Shown here in pieces: positions 57,675 to 64,000 of a stretch of 64,000 nucleotides of DNA. The stretch is from Minisyncoccia bacterium. GTDB lineage: Bacteria > Patescibacteriota > Minisyncoccia > Phycocordibacterales > DATDWN01. Location: the NCBI GenBank assembly GCA_049296855.1, contig JBAQTF010000012.1:1939-65938 (forward strand), in the 5' to 3' direction. The notes beneath the pieces are model-generated. The model made no database searches. It saw only the letters and a list, made by a program, of their open reading frames with translations, and had not been told where the DNA came from. A program made the translations under genes and the position numbers. Every line of letters begins with the position of its first letter. Position 1 is the first letter of the stretch.

Positions 57675-58804
57675 AAATAGCTATTATTCAGCCACGTACG
57701 CCGTATCACGTAGCAGGGTCTGAGAAAGTATCGACAAAACATGCTGAGTTTCTCTCTAAACTTGGTCATCAGATATATTACTATACTTCGGTTGTAAAAA
57801 ATAAAGGCGAAACTTTTTTATTCAAAGAATTTATTGCTAAAAAATTACCGAATGTACATATTATAAGGTCGGATATTTCAGGATATATTGAGGGTTTATA
57901 TGATACTGTACCAGACAGTGATCATGTACGTTGGGTCACTGAATCCCTTGCGTTTAGTGAGAATATATACAATAGGCTTAAAGATAATAAGCCAGATGTT
58001 ATTCTTACTTATTATCTTCCAGATAGCTTGTTTAAGCCAACAGGTATTCCGAATGTAATCTATCTTTCTGGTTATCCTTCGAAGAAAATTTTATGGTATC
58101 AAGCGTTTATAAAATTTTGTCATGCAACTATTTCAATAAGTTCTATTGTTTCAGAAAAATGGAAAGAAGAAATTAGCCAGGTTACTTTAAATTATTCTTT
58201 GGGTACTGGTGTCGATCATCCAATTTATAAAGAAGATATTTTACCGAAAGCAAAGTCTAACTTAGTTTATGTCGGTAGGCTTATAGAAAGGAAGGGGGTC
58301 TTAACGCTATTAGAAGCTTTTATTAAAATTTTAGAAAACAATCATGACATACATCTTTGGATTGTCGGAGAGGGGGAATTTATAGATAGACTGAATCAGA
58401 TAATTATAAAGAATAATCTTAAGGATAAAATTACTCTTACTGGATTAGTAAAAAATCCATATGATTACTTTAAGATGGCTGATATTTGCGTTTTTCCTTC
58501 GCACAGAGGTGATGGTTTAATGGGGACGGTTTTGGAATCTATGGCGTCTGGCAAGCCAGTCATTTCTACAATCGAAAGTGGAAGTGAGGATGTAATTATA
58601 AATGGGGAAAATGGAGTCCTTGTGGAGCCGGAGAATATTGTAGAATTGGTAGATGCAATAGTCAATCTACTCCACGATAAACCTAAAAGAATAAGTATGG
58701 GTGAAAAAGCTAAGAAATTTATTATCGAAAATGTAATTTGGGAAAAAAATTGTAAGAAACTTGAAGGGATTCTTGAAGATGTGGTAAGAAAAACGACAAG
58801 ATAG
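57671..58804 (+). CDS. Glycosyltransferase family 4
   Basis: GT-B C-terminal domain with VGEGEF...FPSHRGDGLMGTVLESMASGKPVI. Confidence 0.8.
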   Translation: MKIAIIQPRTPYHVAGSEKVSTKHAEFLSKLGHQIYYYTSVVKNKGETFLFKEFIAKKLPNVHIIRSDISGYIEGLYDTVPDSDHVRWVTESLAFSENIYNRLKDNKPDVILTYYLPDSLFKPTGIPNVIYLSGYPSKKILWYQAFIKFCHATISISSIVSEKWKEEISQVTLNYSLGTGVDHPIYKEDILPKAKSNLVYVGRLIERKGVLTLLEAFIKILENNHDIHLWIVGEGEFIDRLNQIIIKNNLKDKITLTGLVKNPYDYFKMADICVFPSHRGDGLMGTVLESMASGKPVISTIESGSEDVIINGENGVLVEPENIVELVDAIVNLLHDKPKRISMGEKAKKFIIENVIWEKNCKKLEGILEDVVRKTTR

Positions 58805-58854
58805 TTTTTGTTAATTCCGGAAAGGCTATATTTTAATACTCGCTTTTTATTTTC

Positions 58855-58950
58855 ATCTGTTGCGAATCCTGTTCTGAATCAGATGGTAAATCTTTTTGTG
58901 GTGTTGAGTGTAAAGAAAAAATTGAAAAACTTGTCTCTGTGGATAACTAA
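58855..58950 (+). pseudogene. Remnant of a second trhO-like gene (C-terminal about 31 codons only)
   Basis: It translates to ICCESCSESDGKSFCGVECKEKIEKLVSVDN*, against the TrhO tail ICCESCSEPDGRSFCSIECREKMMITS* at 54250-54333. Nucleotide identity is high over the first roughly 45 nt. No upstream ORF or start. Confidence 0.6.
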
Positions 58951-59053
58951 CCTCCATTTTCTTTCATTATAAATTCTTTTGCCGTACAATAAAATTACAC
59001 AGAGAATTTCTGTAAATTTATTCCAAAGATAATTTAAAATAATTCTAAATAAA

Positions 59054-59665
59054 ATGAAAGAAGTAAATAAAATTCAAACAGAAAAAACAGTGCAAAAAGG
59101 AGAAGATTTAAAAGTTGAAGAAGAAGAAGGTCCCGCACGTAACCTAATTGGTAACAGAATTCCAAAGGATTATTTCTGGACTTCTGGACAGGGTGAAAGT
59201 GATATTGCCATTCACGCTGGTTCTTACCATTTAGCACTTCGTCAGGCGGGTATAGAGATGTGCAACATAATGAGTTACTCATCTATAATGCCGGAAATAG
59301 CTAAACAGGTCTATAGACCAAAAAACCTGATTCATGGCTCTGTAATGGAGAGTATTATTGCTGTTGCGGACGCTGGGAAAGGTGAGAGAGCTACGGCTGG
59401 AATAATCTACGGCTGGTTGCATGACAAAGAGACTGGTCAGAGGCACGGCGGACTTGTTTGTGAATATAATGGTAATGACAAAGAAGTCCATGCCCGTGAA
59501 CAACTCAAGCTTAGTCTAAACGAGCTTTACACAAATGGTTATAACGACAAATATGACTTAAAAAATCTGAAAATGACCACACGTAGTTTTGTCCCAAAGA
59601 AAAAACATGGTACAGCGTTAGTTGCTATTTGTTTTTTGAATTACGTTTACCCAATTATTGGCTAG
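59054..59665 (+). CDS. pdaD: Pyruvoyl-dependent arginine decarboxylase (PdaD/AaxB family)
   Basis: IPKDYFWTSGQGESD...SYSSIMP region matches the PdaD family, including the Ser in the cleavage/pyruvoyl-forming motif. Confidence 0.65.
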   Translation: MKEVNKIQTEKTVQKGEDLKVEEEEGPARNLIGNRIPKDYFWTSGQGESDIAIHAGSYHLALRQAGIEMCNIMSYSSIMPEIAKQVYRPKNLIHGSVMESIIAVADAGKGERATAGIIYGWLHDKETGQRHGGLVCEYNGNDKEVHAREQLKLSLNELYTNGYNDKYDLKNLKMTTRSFVPKKKHGTALVAICFLNYVYPIIG

Positions 59666-59754
59666 TGGTGGGAATCTCCTGATGGCCATCTTGAAGAAAA
59701 TGAGGATGTAGAGCAGACTCTTTTTCGGAAGACGTTAGTGATATAATACTCGAC

Positions 59755-60681
59755 ATGACTGTCTCAGTTTTTCTTATCGCAATAGGGGCACCATTTTTGT
59801 GGGCTCTTGTTAATCATGCAGACAAATTTCTTATTGATAAATTTTTTGGGACAAAAGTCGGTGGTGGAGTCGGTGGTTTAATGATTTTTTCTACCCTTTT
59901 TTCTGTTTTTTTGTTACCAATTATAATTTGGATGGACCCCAATATTTTTGATATCACAGTGACTGGGGCTTTAATCCTCATGTCTGCTGGTGCTATTAAT
60001 GCGATTTCAATTTTATTGTATCTTTATGCGCTTAATGAAGGTGAGGCTACTGTTGTGGTGCCGTTCATGCAACTTATTCCAGTCTTCTCTTTTATTTTTG
60101 GCTATTATTTGTTGGGGGAAACTGTAACTTGGATGCAAGTAGTTGGGGGAATGATTATAATTCTTGGATCAGGTTTTCTTGCACTGGGTGGAATATATAA
60201 AGGACAGAAATTGTATTTTAAGACAAAAATTGTCGTTCTTATGACATTACATAGTATTGGATTTGGTTTGTATGGTATTTTATTTAAATTGATTAGTATA
60301 AAAGAAGGTTTTTGGTCGGGAGCTTTTTGGGAAGCAATAGGTCTGATACTTACTGGGTGTATTTTGTTTTGCATACCATCTTATCGCAATGATTTTCTCC
60401 GGATTATTAGAGGAAATTCAAAGACTATTATTGGAATTAATCTAATTAGTGAACTGTTTACTATATTAGGCAATTGGTTAACTGCTTTTGCGAGTCTTAT
60501 GTCTAAAGTAGTTCTTGTGACTCTAATAGCTGGATTCCAACCAGTTTTTGTTCTCGTACTTGGAGTTTTGACTACAATGTTTTTTCCATATATTATGGAA
60601 GAAGATATTTCCAGAAGAGCTTTAACCCAAAAAATATTTGCAGTCGTCCTAATTGGAATCGGTACTTATCTACTTTATTGA
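59755..60681 (+). CDS. EamA/DMT-family transporter
   Basis: Ten TM helices with a duplicated EamA-like organisation. Confidence 0.7.
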   Translation: MTVSVFLIAIGAPFLWALVNHADKFLIDKFFGTKVGGGVGGLMIFSTLFSVFLLPIIIWMDPNIFDITVTGALILMSAGAINAISILLYLYALNEGEATVVVPFMQLIPVFSFIFGYYLLGETVTWMQVVGGMIIILGSGFLALGGIYKGQKLYFKTKIVVLMTLHSIGFGLYGILFKLISIKEGFWSGAFWEAIGLILTGCILFCIPSYRNDFLRIIRGNSKTIIGINLISELFTILGNWLTAFASLMSKVVLVTLIAGFQPVFVLVLGVLTTMFFPYIMEEDISRRALTQKIFAVVLIGIGTYLLY

Positions 60682-60706
60682 CCTTAATTTTGGTATAATA
60701 GATGGT

Positions 60707-61039
60707 ATGTTAAAAGGCAAGTTACCTAATTTAAATACTATTTTGACCATCCTATTTTTCGTTTCTTTCGTCATGGCAATTGGTGCTAGTTACTATAAGT
60801 ATTACTATACAAAAAACTACGACTATTTAGTTGAGGCAAAATGTGATCCTGAAGCCGAGAAATGTAATTTTAGGGATTGTGAAAATAGTCCAGATGACTG
60901 TCCACCAAATGGTCTGTCGTACTATAAAGAGTATTATGTTAAGGCTTATGATTTTCCAAAATGTTCCGATAACTCCTGTGAAAAAGAATGCACGAACGGA
61001 ACAATACAGTGTGAGCTTATTCCACCGATAGAGAACTAG
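60707..61039 (+). CDS. Hypothetical small Cys-rich membrane-anchored protein
   Basis: One TM helix followed by a Cys-rich ectodomain (8 Cys). The start is chosen at the internal Met MLKGKLPN. The track start at 60653 overlaps the EamA gene. Confidence 0.4.
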   Translation: MLKGKLPNLNTILTILFFVSFVMAIGASYYKYYYTKNYDYLVEAKCDPEAEKCNFRDCENSPDDCPPNGLSYYKEYYVKAYDFPKCSDNSCEKECTNGTIQCELIPPIEN

Positions 61040-61058
61040 TTAGTTTATAAATACACAA

Positions 61059-61898
61059 ATGCTGAAAGATATTGATATAGATGAACTGGTGAAAGATAGA
61101 AAGGCTTTTAATAAGTTTGTTTATACACCGTTTGATGAAGCAATAAAAGAGATTGGTAAAAGAAAATCAGATAAATCAATTCATGACCTTAATTTTGTTC
61201 CAGGAATATTAAAAAAAGCTCCAAGGGCCATAATGTTTAGACAACTTGTCACTCCAAATTATGAAATAAGTAGATTTGTCAGTATATCAGAACTTTGTGG
61301 TCTAGAGCCGTTATTTTTTGAATACTATAATGACAAGTTTACATCAAATAATGTGTGGAAACATTCTTTGGGTAAGATGTTTTTTTGTAAAGGGAGGAGT
61401 AAGGATGGTCAGGCGAGAGTTGAAACTTTAAATGTAATTGATTTTAATAGGTCAAATGGAAAAAGTATTTCGTCTGTAAAAACTTTATGGGGGCAATCTC
61501 TTGTCAATTTTCATCACGAGTTATTTATAAGAAGGTTTAAGAATTTTAAAGATATTTTCTTTGATGCATCTAATTGGTTTCATGATAATGGTGGTAATGC
61601 ATCAGGATATTATAAGCAATTTCTGTCTCTATTTATAAAAGATGCAATACTTTTTGATAATTTTCTTTTGGATGATAAAGAGCTAACCTTTACCAAAGAA
61701 GTATTTTTGCTTGCATTTATATCTATAATTAAAGAAACGGGGGTAAAGCCTCTCATTGTTGCTTTAGAGCCTACAGAAATAGAAGAAGATAGATTCTGGA
61801 TGTGTCATCCATATGAAGATATAAAGTTTGTTCATTATAAACTATCAAGTATACCTAATAAAATCTGGATAAAGTTGAAGGAATTGTTTATACTTTAG
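61059..61898 (+). CDS. Hypothetical protein
   Basis: 279-aa ORF. No family recognised. Confidence 0.45.
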   Translation: MLKDIDIDELVKDRKAFNKFVYTPFDEAIKEIGKRKSDKSIHDLNFVPGILKKAPRAIMFRQLVTPNYEISRFVSISELCGLEPLFFEYYNDKFTSNNVWKHSLGKMFFCKGRSKDGQARVETLNVIDFNRSNGKSISSVKTLWGQSLVNFHHELFIRRFKNFKDIFFDASNWFHDNGGNASGYYKQFLSLFIKDAILFDNFLLDDKELTFTKEVFLLAFISIIKETGVKPLIVALEPTEIEEDRFWMCHPYEDIKFVHYKLSSIPNKIWIKLKELFIL

Positions 61899-61901
61899 TG
61901 T

Positions 61902-63527
61902 ATGGATATAAACACCTGTCTGGAGACCACGCTTCCATATCATACTATTGCCTATTATTCTCATTTGATACCAGTATTCATCACAGTTATACTGAGTGTT
62001 TTTGCATTAGTTAAATCAAGATATTCATTATTATCTAAAATATTTTCCTTGTTTACATTTGGTTTCTGTTTATGGCTTATCGGGGACGTAGTTCTTTGGA
62101 CACAGAATGATTATAATCTCATTAACTTCTTATGGGCACCGTTAGACTATATAAATATACTATTTTATATTCTAGGCACATATTTTTTTATGGTGGTTGT
62201 GAATGAGAGAGATATTTCAGTTTGGCAAAAGATCGGTTTCATATCTTTGACTTTACCGGCCTGGTGGATAACCATAACTAACCAATCTATAACAGCTTTT
62301 AATCAACCTGTTTGTGAGGCTTTCAATAACGAATTTTTGACTCAGTATAAATTAGGAGTTGAGATATTTGTTGTTGTTTTTATAATCGTCTTTGCAATTA
62401 TGAGATGGAGACAATCTCTTAGAGATAAAAGAAAACAAATCATTATTGTCTCAACTGCTCTTATACTGTTTTTTGGGGTTTTCAGTGTGACAGAATACAT
62501 ATCAAGTCAGACAGGTGTTTATGAGATAAATCTTTATAGTTTATTTGTATTGCCGGTATTTCTTTTCATGATGATATATTCCATCGCGAACTTAAAGGTC
62601 TTTAATCTCCGGTTGATAGGGACCCAACTAATTGTTTACGTCATGATCATTATGGTCGGATCACAGTTTTTCTTTCTTGAGAATACGACGAATCAAATCC
62701 TGACTATTTTAACTTTTGTCCTATCACTTTCTTTTGGAGTCCTCCTTATTAGAGATGGAAAAAAGGAGATAGAGCAACGAGAACGAATCGAAAAACTTGC
62801 AGTGAGTTTGGATCAGACAAATGTGAAGTTAAAAGAGGCTAATCTGGGTCAGGCGAACTTGATGCATTTTATGAATCACCAGGTGAAGGGGAGACTCGGT
62901 ATTGCTAAAAATATTTTTGCGGAGCTTTTGACGACTGACTATGGCATTATACCAGCGGAGGCAAAACCTTTGGTTGAGAAAGGACTGGAGGAGGTTAATC
63001 TCGGTGTAAACTACGTTCAGAGTATTTTGAGAGGTGCTTCGGCTGAGAGTGGGGTATTGCCGTATGATATGAGACCGATGGATTTCAAGACTGATGTGGA
63101 AGGAGTAGTGGAGAGTCAAAAACTTCGTGCTGAGAATAAAGGTCTAAAGTTTATGTTCACTGTCGATTCTGGTGATTATAAAATGAAAGGTGACGCGATG
63201 CTTCTCGGTGAAGCTGTAAAAAATCTTATCGATAACTCAATAAATTATACGCCGTATGGAGGCATTGATGTTAGTTTGAAAAATACAGGAAAATTTATGC
63301 AGTTAATAGTAAAAGATACTGGGATAGGTATTACAAACGAAGATAAACCAAAACTTTTCAAATCCGGTGGTCGCGGAACAGACTCAATCAAAACCAATGT
63401 GGATTCCACAGGTTATGGACTGGTCTTCGTCAAAAAAGTTATAGAAGCTCACAAAGGTACTGTCTCCGTCGACTCGGAAGGTAAGGGTAAAGGTTCTACA
63501 TTTACTATTGATTTACCAAAAAATTAG
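61902..63527 (+). CDS. Sensor histidine kinase with N-terminal polytopic (about 7 TM) sensor domain
   Basis: Multiple TM helices, coiled coil, an H-box-like HFMNHQVKGRLG, and a C-terminal HATPase_c (GYGLVFVKKVIEAHKGTVSV...GKGSTFTIDLP). Confidence 0.75.
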   Translation: MDINTCLETTLPYHTIAYYSHLIPVFITVILSVFALVKSRYSLLSKIFSLFTFGFCLWLIGDVVLWTQNDYNLINFLWAPLDYINILFYILGTYFFMVVVNERDISVWQKIGFISLTLPAWWITITNQSITAFNQPVCEAFNNEFLTQYKLGVEIFVVVFIIVFAIMRWRQSLRDKRKQIIIVSTALILFFGVFSVTEYISSQTGVYEINLYSLFVLPVFLFMMIYSIANLKVFNLRLIGTQLIVYVMIIMVGSQFFFLENTTNQILTILTFVLSLSFGVLLIRDGKKEIEQRERIEKLAVSLDQTNVKLKEANLGQANLMHFMNHQVKGRLGIAKNIFAELLTTDYGIIPAEAKPLVEKGLEEVNLGVNYVQSILRGASAESGVLPYDMRPMDFKTDVEGVVESQKLRAENKGLKFMFTVDSGDYKMKGDAMLLGEAVKNLIDNSINYTPYGGIDVSLKNTGKFMQLIVKDTGIGITNEDKPKLFKSGGRGTDSIKTNVDSTGYGLVFVKKVIEAHKGTVSVDSEGKGKGSTFTIDLPKN

Positions 63528-63551
63528 AAAAATGATCACGTAACATAATTA

Positions 63552-63583
63552 ACATTCCAACATTCTGCAGAATGTTGGAATGT
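63552..63583. repeat. Perfect 32-bp palindrome ACATTCCAACATTCTGCAGAATGTTGGAATGT
   Basis: Read directly from the sequence. It lies 25 bp downstream of the histidine-kinase stop and 47 bp upstream of the next gene. Confidence 0.8.
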
Positions 63584-63629
63584 CTTATGTGTGGTATGGT
63601 TTTAGTTATGGTTTTTAACTTATAAATAT

Positions 63630-64000
63630 ATGGCGCAGGAAAATGTTTGGGATAGGGAGTATAGGAAATCAAAACTTTTAACAAAGGATAATAAGCCACA
63701 GGCAGATGTGGTGCGTTTTGTGAAATACTTAAAAAAAGAAGGGTGTGTTAATTTGCTGGGCACGACCATGCTTGATCTCGGTTCTGGGATAGGAAGAAAC
63801 AGTTTTTATTTTGCAGAGCAGGGGAGTCAGGTTATCGGATTTGAGATTTCTAAAACCGCAAACGAAATAGCTCAAAAAAACTTAAACCAAGCAAATATGT
63901 CAAGGATTCTCCTAACCGATTCTTCAAGGTCGAACCTTGAAGAAGGATACAACACGTCAAGGATTCCCCTTGACATTAAGTATGTAAAACGAAGTATCGG
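63630..64000 (+). CDS. Class I SAM-dependent methyltransferase (N-terminal part; runs off the window end)
   Basis: Manual translation gives MAQENVWDREYRKS...TMLDLGSGIGRNSFYFAEQGSQVIGFEIS, a SAM-binding motif I. No stop before 64000. Confidence 0.6.
   Translation, partial: MAQENVWDREYRKSKLLTKDNKPQADVVRFVKYLKKEGCVNLLGTTMLDLGSGIGRNSFYFAEQGSQVIGFEISKTANEIAQKNLNQANMSRILLTDSSRSNLEEGYNTSRIPLDIKYVKRSI

Noticed and set aside
63900-63980. Repeated TCAAGGATTC motif and CAAGGTCGAACCTTG palindrome within the partial methyltransferase ORF, considered as a possible frameshift or insertion
   Set aside because: The ORF stays open and the window ends at 64000, so the effect on the protein cannot be assessed. 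Noted only.

Overview
This 64 kb window comes from a low-GC bacterium (about 33-37% GC) whose native genes almost all lack Shine-Dalgarno sequences, have sigma70-like promoters (TTGACA/TATAAT) and are tightly packed. This is consistent with a CPR/Patescibacteria-like or similarly streamlined genome, but that is an inference.

Main content:
- Positions 1-19990 form one roughly 20 kb minus-strand glycan-biosynthesis operon. It encodes GDP-fucose synthesis (gmd, fcl), an alpha-1,2 (GT11) and an alpha-1,3 (GT10) fucosyltransferase, several GT2 glycosyltransferases, four SAM methyltransferases and two sugar epimerase/dehydratases. It also carries a split transketolase, a Gfo/Idh/MocA-FAD fusion oxidoreductase, a Wzm/Wzt ABC exporter and a glycine-rich secreted protein.
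- The rest of the window is mostly housekeeping and membrane functions. It includes secA, valS, cysS, dnaB, recR, rmuC, rplU, rpmA, rplI, tsaD, ctpA and corA, a DsbB/thioredoxin pair and a MacAB-type efflux set. There are also four tRNAs (Arg-CCT, Phe-GAA, Val-GAC, Glu-TTC), a cluster of three NUDIX genes with glycosyltransferases, pdaD and a sensor histidine kinase.

The most unusual signal is five compact GC-rich islands (about 48-60% GC) inserted in intergenic gaps, spanning about 12297-13130, 37369-38021, 40688-41274, 46821-47112 and 53046-53382. Each carries one or two small ORFs, with a strong GGAGG-type ribosome-binding site that host genes lack, and usually its own near-consensus promoter and hairpin terminator. 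The products are an HD-domain protein, a Cys-rich zinc-ribbon protein and four uncharacterised proteins.

Other notable features:
- An 800 bp non-coding gap upstream of secA contains a structured GC-rich element with a UUCG-loop terminator.
- The same gap holds a 17-bp inverted-repeat hairpin whose loop is complementary to that element.
- A duplicated C-terminal fragment of trhO survives as a gene remnant.
- A small GIY-YIG gene sits inside the ABC efflux operon.

No rRNA, CRISPR array, transposase or integrase was seen.
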